Positions 12,091 to 26,189 of a stretch of 64,000 nt of DNA are shown one piece after another (positions within the stretch are counted from its first letter, which is position 1; each line of letters starts with the position of its first letter). Below the pieces are notes generated by a model. The model had not been told where the DNA came from. It ran no database searches and was given only the letters and a program-made list of their open reading frames with translations. The DNA is taken from assembly GCF_963921235.1 (NCBI RefSeq), contig NC_086099.1, positions 135,904,001 through 135,968,000 of the forward strand, written 5' to 3'. Source of the stretch: Mobula hypostoma. Its lineage: Eukaryota. The position numbers were made by a program, and so were the translations under genes.

Positions 12091-14568
12091 GAAAACCATG
12101 AAATTATTATATTGGAGCTATTAGTGAGACTTGGTTGCTGGAAGAGCAGGACTGGCAGCTCAATATTCTGGGGTTCTGTTGTCTTAGACATGACAGAATG
12201 GGAGGAATTAAAGGAGGAGGGCTGGTGTTACAAGTCAATGAGAGAGTGTGCAATACTTGATCTACTATTAGGGAACAAGATAGGGCAGGTGACAAAAGTT
12301 TGTGTAGGGGAACACTTTGCACCTAGTGATCACAATGCCATTAGTTTCAAAGTAAATATGCTAAAATTTAGGTCTGGTCTGCGGGTTGAGATTCAAAATT
12401 GGCAAATGGCCAATTTTGATGGTATCAGAAATGTGTGGACTGGGACATGCAGTTTTCTGGCAAAGGTGTACTTGGTAAGTGGGAGGCCTTCAAAAGTGAA
12501 ATTTTGAGAGAACAAAGCTTGTATATGCCTGTCAGAATATAAGGTAATGATAACAGGTTAGGGAACCTTGGGTTTCAAGAGATATTAAGGCCCTGGTTAA
12601 AAAAAAGGGAGATGCATAGCAGGTACAGGAAGGTAGGAACAAATGAGGTGCTTATGAAGTATAAGAAATGCAAGAGAACACTTAAGAAAGAAATCAGGAG
12701 GGCTAAAAGAAGGCATGAGGTTGCCCTAGCAAACAAGGTGAAGGAGACTCCTAAGGGATGCTACAGATATGTTAAGATTAAAAGGTTTGCAAGGACAAAA
12801 TTGGTCCACTGGAACAACAAAATGGTAATCCATGTGTGGAGCGTAAAGAGATAGGGGAGTTCTTAAATGAATGTCTTGTTTCTTTATTTACTTAATTTAC
12901 TTTATTTAAGAGATGAACACAGGTCTACAGAAGTGAGGCAAAGCATCATTGACTACATTGACCCTATACAGATTACAGAGATGGAGGTGTTTGCTGTCCT
13001 GAGGCAAATCAGGTTGGGTAAATTCCCAGGGCCTGAGGGGTTCCCTCGGACTCTGCAGGAGGCCAGTGAAGAAATTGCTGGGGCCTCAGAAGAGAAAGTT
13101 AAATCATCCTTAGTGAGAGGAGAGATACCAGCTGATTGGAGGATAGCCAATGTTGTTCTGTTGTTTAAGGAAGGCCCTAAACATTACCAGGAAGTTGTAG
13201 GCTGGTGAGTCTAACAGCAGTAGTGGGAAAGTTATTAGAAAGTATTCTAAGGGACTGGATATCCAAGTATTTGGATAGACACGGACTGATTAAGGATAGT
13301 CAGCATGGTTTTGTGCATGGTAGGTAATTTCTGACCTATTTTATAGAGGAAGTTACTAGGTAAGTGGATAAAGGCAAGGCAGCAGATGTTGTTCATATGG
13401 ACTTTAGCAAGGCATTTGACAAGGTCCCGCATGGGAGGTTGGTCAAAAAAGTTCAGTCGCTCAGCATTCAAGATGACGTGGTATATTGGATTAAACATTG
13501 GCTTTGAGGGAGAAGCCAGAGGGTGGTAGTAGATGGAATGGTCTCTGACTGGAGGCCTGTGACTAGTGGAGTACCACAGGGATCAGTGCTGGGTCCATTG
13601 TTGTTTGTCATCTATATCAGCGATCTGGATGACAATGTGGTTAACTGAATCAGCAAATTTGCAAATTACATCAAGATTGGGGGTGTAGTGGACAGCAAGA
13701 GATCTCGCTGGTTTGCAGAGGGATCTGGACCAGCTAGGAAAAAAGGCTGAAAAATGGCAGATGGAATTTAATGCAGACAAATGTGAAGTGTTGCACTTCA
13801 GTAGGACTGATCAGGGTAGACCTTACACAGTGAATGGTGGCACTGCGGAGTGTGGTAGAACAAAGGGATCAGGAAATACAGGTCCATAATTCATTGAAAG
13901 TCGTATCAGAGGTAGATAGGGTTGTAACGAAAGTTTTTGGCACATTGGCCTTCATAAATCAAAGTATTGAGTACAGGAGATGAGATGTAATGTTCAAATT
14001 GTATAAGACATTGGTGAAGCCAAATTTGGAGTATTGTGTAGAGTTTTGGTTAAATGCCTATCGGAAAGATGTAGATAAGGTTAAAAGAGTACAGAGATAA
14101 TTTACATGAACGTTGCTGGGTCTGGGAGACCTGCATTATAAGGAAAGAGTGATAGATTAGGATTTTATTCATTGGAACATAGAAGATTGAAAGGAGATTT
14201 GATAGAGGAATATAAAATTATAAGGGGTATAGACAGGGTAAATGCAAGTTTGCTTTTTCCACTAAGGTTGGATGGAACTACAACCAGAGGTCATGGGTTA
14301 AGATTAAAAGGGGAAAAGTTTAAGGGGAACATGAGGGGAAACTTCTTCACTCAGAGGGTTGTAAGAGTGTGGAACAAATTGCCAGCACAAGTGGTACATG
14401 TGAGCTCAATTTCAATGTTTAAGCTAAGTTTGGAAAGGTACATGGATAGTAGGGGTATGGAGGGTTATGATCCCAGTGCAGTTCAAAGGAATAGGTAGTT
14501 TAAATGGTGCGACATGGACTAGGTGGGCCAAAGGGCCTGTTTTGTGCAGTAATTTTCTATGACTCTAT
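12091..14568 (+). mobile_element. 5'-truncated CR1 LINE (end of APE endonuclease plus RT, multiple stops/frameshifts)
   Basis: ILDLLLGN...[61 protein letters not shown], 3' end TTCTATGACTCTATG. Confidence 0.92.
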
Positions 14569-15811
14569 GCCTCTCATGATTTTATATTCCTCTATAACAT
14601 CACTCCCAACAGAGGCATACAGTAGTTGCTTTCTCTTTCTCCTAATTCATATGTTCTGATGAAAGATAATTGATTAAATTGCTGACTCTCTTTCTCATAG
14701 CTGGTGCCCAATGTGCTGAGCATTTCTTGTTTTTTTCACATTTTTCAGCATCTACAGTATTTTAATTTTGCAAAGCCTACATTCTATTGTTTTGCTTCTG
14801 GCATTTCATTAAGAAACAAATTGCTGAAATATATCTTATATATGGGGATTCTGCAGCTTATTTCTTTTTTTTATTTGTATACATTTAACTTGCATTACAT
14901 TTCCATAACAGTAAGTTATGTGGTTAATTTCTTACAATACAAAGGTTGGGCCATTTTGGCAGTAATAGGCAAATATAATCATACTTTTTGATACTAAACA
15001 AAAATGACTCTAAATTTTATTTAATTAACTAACAATATGTGTTAATCATCTTAATGATTGCCACGGATTCACAGAAATTTACAGTAAAGATCATGAAGCC
15101 CATCATGACCAGAAATAAATTTTTAATAAATCTGATTTTCCAGTTTCTGTATTATAACTCTACAATATAAAGATATTAAAACTCCCATCTAGATATCCCT
15201 TAATTCTGGTGAGTACTTCTGTCTCCACCACCAAAGATTCAGACTCTTTGCATCTCGCAAAGTAAATGAATTCTTTCCTAACTCATCTGTAGTCCCACCA
15301 TTTATAGCTATGAGCCCAGTTACTGACCTAACAGCTAAAGAACCAGAAGCTTTCTATTCACACTGCCTTATTCTCACATGACTTTATAATAAATCTCTCA
15401 TTATCCTTTGGTCAACTAAATGTTTATGTTATTATGAGGCAGTTGTATGAGAAGTTAAATAATTAGCAATAAGAAGCATATGAAAATATTAAAAATGTTA
15501 GGTGTGAAACTAAATTTAATTAACATTATGGAAATATTCCAACCAAAACTGGTAACAATCAGGACTATACATCCATTAACTTGACTTCTCTCTTCATTGA
15601 TGGCATCGAAAGGAAGTGTTTTCCAATTTTTGTTTTAGATTTTCAGCATCGATATTGTTTTGCTTGCTAAAAAAAAATGTTTAACTTGGTAAGAAAATCA
15701 AAACTAAAAACACAGAAAGTAACATAAATTACAAACTAAAACCTTAAAAACATAACATGCAGCAAAAAAGGTATACTAAATTAATTTTACTCATGAAAAG
15801 ATGTATTTTAC

Positions 15812-15893
15812 CTGTTACATCAGTGAGCAGGTTGTTTTGTAAGTATAGCTCTTTGAGGCAATAATTCATTGTCAAGGAATTTATCTTTTTAAT
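15812..15893 (-). CDS. LRRC72: LRRC72 coding exon (IKKINSLTMNYCLKELYLQNNLLTDVT)
   Basis: tgtag/GTAAAA boundaries, 82 nt, phase 0/1; matches human LTRNYCLTELYLNNN. Confidence 0.92.
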
Positions 15894-17937
15894 CTACAGT
15901 AAGAAAATGGCAACAGAATGATTCAATATAAGATGAATGAAACAGAATTATTTTACCCACTAACAAACAGACAAGCAGACAATTTGGAATTCAACTCACA
16001 GCCCAAGAAGATGATAGAGACAGATAAATTTAAGACAGAGATAAGAAAGGATTTCTTCTCTCTGAAGGCCGTGAATCCTTGAAATGCTTCCGTGGAAGCT
16101 GAAATGAAAAATTGCTAGATACAGCTGCTAGGAATCTGAAATAAAAGTAGAAAGTGTTGCAAGCATTCAGAAAAGCAACAGTAAGTGTACCTTTCAGGTT
16201 AAAGTCCTATCATCAAAACTGATAAGATACAGATAAGATAGGGTAGTAGGATTGGATAGATAAAAGGAATTTTCCTAATTAGGCAAGGAAAGGGCTTCTG
16301 CAGTGATAAGCTACAGAGATTTTTGGTGAGATACTAAAGCAATTAGACAGGAACTAAAACTATGAGCTGAGGGCAGTCAGAGAGTAAGAATGCAATGCTG
16401 GATAAAGATTAAATAGAAAACAATCCTAATCAATCTTACTGTAAAGATGATAAAATCCCATCTACCTCATAGAAATATATTATGGCCTAAGCTTAAAAGA
16501 GTCGTAGAAAGACATATTTGGCCTAACTAGAACAATTCTTTGATCCTTTATCAATTATTTTACTTATTTTGGTTGTTGGTAACAATCACTTTATTTTGGG
16601 AGCAAATGAGATGGACAAACTTATGGTCTCCTTTGCTACGAAATAATTCTAGCACCTATTCAGGATGTAATGCACATTTTGTGCTTGGAGATGACTTTAG
16701 GGACATTTCTGACTAATGTGCTAAATCCTTCAGATTTGGATTTGAGAACAAAGTCAATTACTTCAAAATTATTATGTGCTTTGAGGACAATTACCCACAG
16801 TGATAAAGTTCAAAAACATCTCTTCTAAGATCACCTACAAGGGCCTTACTGCTTTCAACCTTATCTGAGAATTTGCCTATTTTACTATTGTGATTTTACG
16901 GCAATTTAGAAATATATATCCAACTTCTATTTAAGAGAAATGATCAATTATCACCCAGTTTTCAAATACATTGATTCAGTCACAAAATGGATTATTTTTC
17001 AAGTATTCACTAGATTGAGAATGCAACACACATTGAAGAATATAAGTGTATAAGATTAACATTTCTGCATTCAACCAATTCACATTCTTTCAATTCAATT
17101 GTTCCTCTAAAATCATATAATTTATTTAAAAGATAACTCTAAATAGTTGTGCTTAAAATTCTTCTGATGATTACTGTACAAATTCATATCATCACAGAAA
17201 ATATCTTCACCGAACTGCAGCAGTTAACCCTTCTGAAGATGACCCACCTATTCAAGGACGACATTGAAGAATTCAAGTGAAGACACTAAATAGACTAAAG
17301 AACTTGGTATGAGTTGTTTCCAGCTGAGAAGAAAATCTATTATTGAAATTTATATTTTGCTTACCATGGGATTCCTCTATGAATAAAAAATTAAGAATAA
17401 AAATACAAAATAAAAGTTTTGTTATTTTAAAATCATCTATATTTTTCAGTATGTACATGGTGAATTACAATCCATGTGTAATTATTTTAAAAGAGCCAGA
17501 CTTTGGTATGCACTGATCATAGCCTATAACGCCATTAAAAAAAAATTACGACTCATATAGCAAGCTCAGACATTTTCAGGGTACTCACTGATGCTCACTG
17601 ATCTCGGTATATTATACTCCAGAAGGCTGTGATAACTCACTGAAAGAAATATTCTGCGTTTCGAAGATTAGCTATATAATCGAATGCTTCAAAAGGTGTA
17701 TCCTGTTTTATAGTATTAACAAGGCATATAGTACTAGCTTTGCCATCCTGAGTAGTACAAAATGTAGGTCAATGCACAAAAAGTACAACAGAAAGAAGCC
17801 AAGAAAGAGAGGTTGGCTGTCTTTCTGCTAATTAACAAAACACATCTCTGATCCAGCTAACAGTCAAAAAGATGATAAAGAAAGCAGTACTTACAAGTGA
17901 TAACCGGAAGTATGTTTTCAGATTATCACAAACTTTA

Positions 17938-18060
<123 letters not shown>

Positions 18061-18622
18061 TCAGCTTGAATTACTTCATTAAAATATAATATAAACATAT
18101 AGACACTGCACAATAATATCTGTAGAATTGAAATTCCAGCAAATAACTATTCCTAATTTTCTCCTTTCTACTGTTTATTTCTGTGCAATTTTTTCTCTAG
18201 TTGAACAGTAATGACATTGCCAATTAATTCTATTATTCTATTCTTGGTTGGGTTGATATTCAAGAGTTCGTGGAACTGTTAGCAAATGTTGAATATTCCA
18301 TTAAATTTCTGACCTTTTTGATGATTGATGTGCTTTAAGGGGCAACAAAGTAAATAAAAAGGTAATTTCTTTTTCTGTTAGCATTCCATAAAATTATTAT
18401 TTCTGCAGCCAGTTTTCCCAGCTGCTTTTTATTTATAAATTTCTGTGCTTTTAAACATAGTCAGAAACTTAGGCCCTTTGATAAAGTAAATAATGTGGAA
18501 GTATTGTGCTTATCAAAATATGGATTTTAAATGAATAATTAATTTAAAACAACATGAAGTCCTTCTTACATTAGATTAATTACTGACTAAGAATTGATAA
18601 CAAAGAATTATATTATACTTAC

Positions 18623-18696
18623 TTTTTGGCCAGATAAAGTTCAATTACATCATTATTCTTTCTGATTTTGTAGAGTTTTAATTGATTTCCCAGAAC
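18623..18696 (-). CDS. LRRC72: LRRC72 coding exon (VLGNQLKLYKIRKNNDVIELYLAK)
   Basis: aatag/GTAAGT boundaries, 74 nt, phase 0/2; matches human VEDQLK...DVFELFLSKK. Confidence 0.9.
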
Positions 18697-19349
18697 CTAT
18701 TTGCAATTCCAATAAACATAAAATTTATATTAAATTTTAAACCACATATTTTATTTTTAGCACATTTCCTTAATCACTCTCTTCTTTAGTACTTCAGTTT
18801 TACTTTTCTTTAAATCAAATTGATACAAAAATGAAGTTTAATGTCACTATTTATTTCTGATTCTTGTTTATTATTTAAAATATATGGAAAAATAACACCA
18901 CAATCTATAATTATACATCACAATAATAAATGTAATTCTTGGATTACAAGCTCATAAAACTTCTATTTACATTTAGTTTATGGTGAAAACCTATCAAAAG
19001 AAAGTAACAACATTTAATTGGTGCCCATTTGCAACACTCTCTCGTGAATTTTGTTCAATAAATATTTCATTAAAATGAAATCACAATTATATCTGAATTT
19101 TCTGCATTACTGATTTATTTAAAGCTTAATAATTCAGTTTTGCTTCTCCATGTACAATATCAGGATGTCATTAGTATTATATTAAACAGCAAAATATGAG
19201 AGGAATTCCTTTCAACAAACGTTACTTCCAGTTGCCATATGTTTATCATTGTACGGTCAAAAATTTCCAATTACTGTATAATGGAGATACAAATGTGAAA
19301 TTAAGGTATTGCAGCAGCTGTACTGATACTGCAGTACTTCAATTGTGAC

Positions 19350-19590
19350 TTGGCTGGTAAGCAAATGAGCCAAAACGTTCCACAATTGAATCTCACTCCA
19401 AATAATTGAGCATATAACCTAAGTTGGCATTTCAAAGCAGCATTTCAAGGTACTGTGTTCAAAAAAGTTATTAAACCAAGATCTCACTGGCATCACATAT
19501 ATAAAAGGTGCCATTTTATTATTTGAAGAAGAAAATATTGCTGCTCTAACATTACACTAATACTTAGCTCATAACCAAGTCATTGCAAAC
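19350..19590 (+). mobile_element. Ancient Deu-domain SINE remnant (AmnSINE/SacSINE-like)
   Basis: TTGAGCATATAACCTAAGTTGGCA...TTAAACCAAG...TAAAAGGTGCCAT...TATTTGAAGAAGA resembles the DeuSINE central domain; highly diverged. Confidence 0.4.
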
Positions 19591-19699
19591 AATGGTCCTG
19601 ATGAAGGGTCTCGGCACAAAACGTCAACTGTTTATTTCCATCTACATTGCGTGTATCGCTCTAGGTTTCCAGCATCTGCAGTACCTCTTGTACTAAAAT

Positions 19700-21980
19700 G
19701 TCCCTGATGATCCAGATGGTGGAAGCAAAGGAAGACAATAATCAAGATCTCGAGAAACCACTTGGGAAACCACATCTGAAGCTCATCTTGACCACCTTGA
19801 ACCTCACCAAAAGTCAGCCCTAAAAATTTTCTCCTCTCAGTATCCCACCTTGTTTAAACTACAACTTGGGTGTACCAACTTGAGCAAGCACACTATCCAT
19901 GTAAAAGATGATCAACCCATTCATCAGAGACCACACAGAGTGCCTGAGCATCTTGTCAGTGCCTTGAAGGCAGAGATAAGGACCATTTTGGAACTGGGTG
20001 TCATTAAGCCATCGAACAGTGACCAGTACAGTCTAGTAGTTAATGTGCCTAAACCTGATGGTTCCTTGAGGGTCTGTATTGACTTTAGAAAAATCAATGT
20101 GATCTCTAAGTTTGATGCTTATCCTTTGCCACGGATAGATGAGCTACTGGACAGGTTGGGACAAGCTCAGCATATCACTACACTGGATTTATGTAAAGAT
20201 TACTGGCAAGATGGGCTTGCGTGGAATGGGCTGCTGGCAATGGTGGTGGAGGCGGATATGATTGAGTCTTTTAAGAGACTCCTGGATAGGTACATGAAGC
20301 TCAGAAAAATAGAGGGCTATGGGGAACCCTAGGTAATTTCTAAGGTAAGGACATGTTCGGCACAGCTTTGTGGGCCGAAGGGCCTGTATTGTCCTGTAGG
20401 TTTTCTATGTTTCTAAGATCCACTGGAGGAAAAGCCTAAAGAATACACTGCTTTCCAGACCCCACTTGACCTTTTCCATTTCATGGTCATGTCATTTGGC
20501 CTGAATGAAGCTTCAGTGACATTTCAGCACCTCATGGACTGTGTATTTAGGGGATGTGAAGAGTTCAGCATAACATACCTCGATCATGTGGTGATTTTCA
20601 GCACAAGTTGAGAAGACCATCTCTAGGATATCAATCAGGTCCTGGGACAGCTAGTCTCAGCAAGCCTTACAGTCAACCTCCAGAAGTGTAAGTAGGCAAA
20701 AATAGAGACCTGGTACTTGGGATACCAGCTTGGGAATGGGCTGATACACCCTCAAGTGGACATGGTACAATCAATTCGGAACAGCCTCCGCCCTCATACA
20801 AAGAAACAAGTCAGGTCTTTTCTTGGACTGGGTTCATACCACGGTTTGCTAAAGTGACAACTTCTCTGACCAGTTTGTGCTTAAAGTCTGCAGAGGAGTG
20901 TGCACTGGCTTTTGTAAATTTAAAGGGGGCACTCTGTGAAGAACTGATACTCATTAGTCCTGATTTCAACAAGCCCTTCCTGGTGCAAATGGCCGTTTAT
21001 GGAATAGGGATAGGTGCTGTCTTGTCCCAAAGGAGAAGAGGGCAAAGAGAGGCCTGTCTTATACCTGAGTAGGAAGCTGCTACCCAGGAAATCTCAGTAT
21101 TTGACTGTTGAGAAAGAGGCTCTGGCTCTTATGTGAGATCTAGACAGTCTGTTCTATTACCTCCTTGTCTGGGAGTTTGTTTTGGACTCAGACCACCGTG
21201 CCTTGACCTGGATGAACACCAGGAAAGATCCAAATGCTCACATTACCAGATAGCATCTAGCCCTGCAACCCTTCCACTTCACAATCCGTCACACAGGAGC
21301 AGCCAGAACATTGCAGCGGAAGTTTACCACAACTTGGGTAAACTAGAAGAAAGAAGTAGGTAATGTAATACAGCAGGTCAGCCACAAGTAATTCTTCCTC
21401 CCTGTCCCCCCAGTGGTCCTGTAATTCTTATTATTCCTGGCTGGCAGCACTGCTATTATGCTTATCCGGTGCTCACACTAGGCAAAAGCATAGCATGGAC
21501 ACTTTTGTTTGTACTTGTACACTCCAGGACAGTGGCATTCTTTGATGCATCCTGGTTGTTTTTGCTTCCATTTTCAGGGAGGGGACACTAATGAAGGGTG
21601 GGGTGTCTTAAAATAGGTGCCTGTTTGTTGTGGCACATGCTCTATGCTGGCTCAGTGGAAAAGTTAATCTTGGGGGAAGGGGGAAAGAGTGCTGGCTCCT
21701 GAAAAATACTTAGTTGTTGATTGACTTTGTTGCACAATGTCATTGTGATCTTATTGTGATGAATGTATGTGTGGACATTTGTGATTGTGAAGAAGGATGT
21801 GAATTCCTGTATTTTGGTTTTTTGTGTAATTATTCAGGCTCATGGTAACAATTTCCCCTGCATTCCAAAGAATGGACTTAAAGGTGAGGTAAAGATCCAA
21901 TCTTGCATGGGGTGGAGGAACAGCAGATGCGGCTGGCTCATCCAGAGGTGTGTCAATATGCTCATTGTCAAGTTGTGACA
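19700..21980 (+). mobile_element. Gypsy LTR retrotransposon 3' half (RT-RNase H followed by putative 3' LTR ~21364-21980), Gmr1-like layout
   Basis: RT LRVCIDFRKINVISKFDAYPLPRIDELLDRLG...TTLDLCKDYWQ; RNase H FNKPFLVQMAVYGIGIGAVLSQ; purine-rich tract then TGTAATA...GTGACA; no integrase after RNase H. Confidence 0.8.
20213..20414 (+). mobile_element. CR1 3' end inserted in Gypsy RT
   Basis: AWNGLLAMVVEADMIESFKRLLDRYM plus TTTCTATGTTTCT tail interrupting RT motif YWQ/IPL; short AAGAT duplication. Confidence 0.8.
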
Positions 21981-21999
21981 CCAGAGATGCCAGCAGAAT

Positions 22000-24900
22000 C
22001 CTCCAAATCCTGTTGGGTTGGTTTAAGATGATCTACCTAAGTACATTAAGGTTTACCCCTCTTATCTGTGATAAAAATCTTTTCTCCCCATTCCAAAACA
22101 CGGAACGGGTCATCATAAAGGGGCCTTGATGTTGGTGTGTATCATGGCAGACGAAAAAAACTGAGGCAGAATGTAGGTCAACAGGAACCCGAGAGTGTGG
22201 TATGCCATCATGAGAGGTAGGAATAGGTGAAGAGGGTTGAAAGACCAAGCAGACACTCGTGGCATCTGGAATGAAACCACCAAGCACTAGTATACCAACT
22301 CAGCCATAACATAACATAATGACCCATAACAGACAATCATGCCAACCCTCATCAGTTGGGGAAGACTTCAAAGTAGCCTTTAAGGAGTGGTGAAACCGCT
22401 AGCATAAGCCATTGGATAGTGGGTGATACGCCGCGGTATGATGTAGCCTAACGCCGAGGTTCTGGGCTATCAGAGCCCGGACATATGAAATGAATTGAGG
22501 ACCGCATTCAGAGGAAATATCAGATGGAGTGATAAACCGAGCAACCCAGGTGCTGATAAACACCTGAGCCCTATCTGCGGCCATTGTCAATACTTGGGGG
22601 ACGACCTCTGGTCACTAGGCAGTACGGTCCACCATGGTAAGGAGTTGAGTGAAACTGCAGGAGGGGAGAAGAGGACCAACAAGGTCCTCATTAATGTGGA
22701 CAAACCGTTGCTCAGGGACCTCAAATGACACCTGGGCATGACAGTTAATTTATCCAGCTGAGACTCTACACAGGCTGCACTCTAATCATGCCCGTCCTTT
22801 CAAGGTCCGTGCCACACAAACTTTAGCGCTAACAGTTTCTGTGAGGCCTTCAGGCCCAGATGGGAGAGGCAATGTATGGTGTTAAAAACGGTCTGCCTCC
22901 AGTCTGCAGGCATTATGGGGCAAGGGTGACTGGTTGAGACATCGCACAGGAGAGAAACCCGAGCTTTTTTGAACTTAATGTCAGCCAAGCACAGGCCTGT
23001 GACTGTTGTTCAGTAAGCCTGGACCTTTGGGTCAGTAGCTTGGTCAAATGCCATGCCGACATAGTCAATTATGTGTGGCCTCAGCAGCTGGCTATGGGAG
23101 GCAAGCAGCCATGGCATTATTTTTCCCCTTGATATGTTGTATATCTGCTGTGCACTCTGATATGTAGGCCAGGTGGCATTGCTGCCATTGCAGACCAAGG
23201 GTCTGACATTTAGAGCATCACATGCACAAGGGGTTTGTGGTCAATGAACGCTGTGAAATGGCGGACAGCAAGATGGAGACCAAGAAGCTCACGGTCAGAC
23301 GTGCTGTACTTCCTTACGGGGGATGGAGCTGGCAGCTGAAGAAGATGAGCAGCTACCACACACCTCTGACCAACTGCTTATACACAGCACCCACAGAATA
23401 GTCTAAAGCATCAGTAGTTACGGCTAAGGGTACATTGGGCAGGTGCGTCAGTCGGGTCGTGTTTGAAAGAGCTCATTTGGTATCATCAAATACCCTGGTC
23501 ACGTCTGCTGACCAGTCCTGCAGATGATTAGAGGTATTGCCTTTTAGTGCACCATACTGGGAAACATAAGTACAGCAGCTCGCAGAATGAAGAGGTGATA
23601 GAAATTCACCACGCCTAAAGACTCCTATAGTTTTTTAGTAGTGTGGGGTGGTGGAAATCCATAATAGTGGTTAGTTTTTATGGGAGGGTTCCAACCTTCT
23701 TTGTATGCACTGGTGATATGTTATCCAGGCAAACAAAAAAAAATCTAAATCTTTTAATACAGAATCAATCAGCCATTGAAAAGTCTGTGCTGCATTTTTC
23801 AACCTAAATAGCATGCACAGAAACCCAAAGAGGCCAAACAGGGTTGTCACAGCCATTTTGGGAACGTCCTCCGAGCAACAGGCACCTGATGGTAGCCCCT
23901 AATTTGATCGAATTTGGAAAAAAATAATTTTCCAGCAAAACATGCAGTAAAGTTCTGGATGTGTGGGACCAGATAATGATCAGGGATGGTGGCCTCGTTA
24001 AGTTGTTGGTAATTGCCACATGGGCGGCAATCACATCAGACTTAGGGTTCATATGGAGGGGCAAAGTACAGGGGCTATTCAACCAGCATACAGTGCCAAG
24101 TCTTTCCATGTTGGCAAACTCAGCTTTCGCATTTGCTAGGTTTTCTGGGTCCAGTCTATGCAAGCGGGCATGGAATGGTGGTCTAGTTGTAGAAATGTGT
24201 TGGTCCACCCCATGTTTTGTGACTGCAATGGAGAATGTTGGCTTGGTGAGGTTTGACAACTCACGCCGCAGTCGAGCAAACTCACATGCGTCAGTGCTTG
24301 CGCTTTACACAACCATCATGGAGAACTTGTTAGGGGAGCAGGGTAACAACCCAAAGTCCTTGATATCCACAAGCCAGCAGTTCTTAAGATCGACTAATAG
24401 TCCTGGAGCACACAGGAAATCTGCACCAAGCATAGGTCTAGCCACTTTAGCCAGGACAATGTTCCACGTGTAATGTTGCCCACTGAAGCAGAGCGTCACA
24501 CACCATGTCCCATAGGTCTGGATCATACTGCCATTGGAGGCCTCCAGCAGCTTTGTCACTCTTTGCCTTCTCATAATAGCTGATGCTTGAGAACACGTGT
24601 CACACAAGAAGTGTCACCCTGAAAGAGTGTTCATAATAAACAATAAGCATCCAAGGCAGTTGGAATCCACGGTGTTCACAAACCTCTGTTGTCTCGATGT
24701 GCTGGCACCGTTGAAGCTGCAAGGTGGTTAGCACTTTCTAGCATTCATGCCAAAGCGAGCATGATAAAAACATAGGCCCGGCAGCATCTGTTTTGCAGCT
24801 ATGGGTCCCCTTATGTTGGAGGCTGTGCTGACTGGGCTTATTGAGGTACAGAAAGGAGAAGGAATGATGCACTGCTGCCTAGCTGAGATTAGACTATCCT

Positions 24901-25543
24901 CCATTTTAGTAAGCTCCCTATAGTACTTCATGGGTGCATTAGCGAGGGGTATGTGAACTTGATCGGGCATTTGCTGCTTGAAGAGTTCTTTAAAAATAAA
25001 ACAAGGATGGTGATTTCCCAAGAGAGACAGCATGTGGTCCATTAGCTCTGACAGCTTAGCATCAGTGAGGCTGAGCTTGGAGAGCAACTGTTTGGCGCAC
25101 TCAGACTCCAGTAGTCCAACAGTAGATTCACCTCTCTCTCAGCCATGGAGTCACTAAGCAACAATACCTCGTAGAAATATTTCATGTTGTCTGTGAAGAT
25201 TTCTCGCAATACGAATTGGGCCCCGGCTTGTGCAAACCAAGCAAAGACATTTTGCTCATAAAACTCCAGCAGTTTCAAAGCGACAGCATTGGCCAGCATG
25301 TTCAATAACCCTGGAATCATCCTAGAGCATCGGGGTCACGAATGTAGGTTTTCACAAATAAAACGACAAGGGTTTTATGTTTCAAAAAAGCTGTAGTACC
25401 TCATCTATTGAACACCAAAAACTGAACATAAAGCATGGTAACAGTCCTTTATTTAAATATGTCATCATGTTAAACCAGCCTCTCAAAGTGAAACTCCAAC
25501 TCAATGTTGTGTTTGTGATTTATGTACAATTCCACCAATTACA
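22000..25543 (-). mobile_element. Degenerate Gypsy element of CsRn1-like clade (5' LTR ~25343-25543)
   Basis: Gag AVALKLLEFYEQNVFAWFAQA with C-x2-H-x9-C-x3-C finger (CFYHARFGMNARKC*PPC); protease FLCDT; RT KMAVTTLFGLF...LKNAAQTFQ; integrase LLCDVSTSHPCP and SECGPQF; PBS-like TCGTGACCCCGA (tRNA-Trp type) next to the LTR. Confidence 0.85.
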
Positions 25544-26189
25544 TTATCCTGAGATGAAGTGAGGTACTCTATGGTATTGAAAGTGCTACTGTGGTCTACC
25601 GTCTGTTTTTTCAAAGTCCATACCTTCCTAAGGGCATGCAGCACTCACTGAAACCTACAACTTTCCAACTTTGATCACTTTTTTACACTAAAATGGACTT
25701 TGTACATATATATTTTTTGTTCTAATTATGTTCTTTCTTGTCAACATTGACTAGAATTTATGTTTTTCTTGTGAATGCTGCTAAAAATATGCTATGTATC
25801 TGTGATGCTGATGTATGTAGGGTTTCATCGCACCTGTACATACATGTACATATGCATATGACTATAAGACATAGGAGCAGAATTAGGCCATTGGCCCATT
25901 AAGTCTGCTCTACCATTTGATCATAGCTAATTAATTTACCCTCTCAACCCTATTCTCCTGTACAAAGACTCAACTATAGATTACCTGGGACACCATGTGA
26001 AATTTTGACTGTCACGGTATAGAAAAGACATGACTGCTTTCAAAATTATACAGAGGAGATTCACTAGAAGTGTCTCAGTTATGAGGAAAAACTGAACACG
26101 TTAGGATTATTTTTCTTGGAAGACCTGATAAAGGTGTACAAAATTATGAGGTGCTTAGATAAGGGGACACAGAATTGAAAATACACTTG

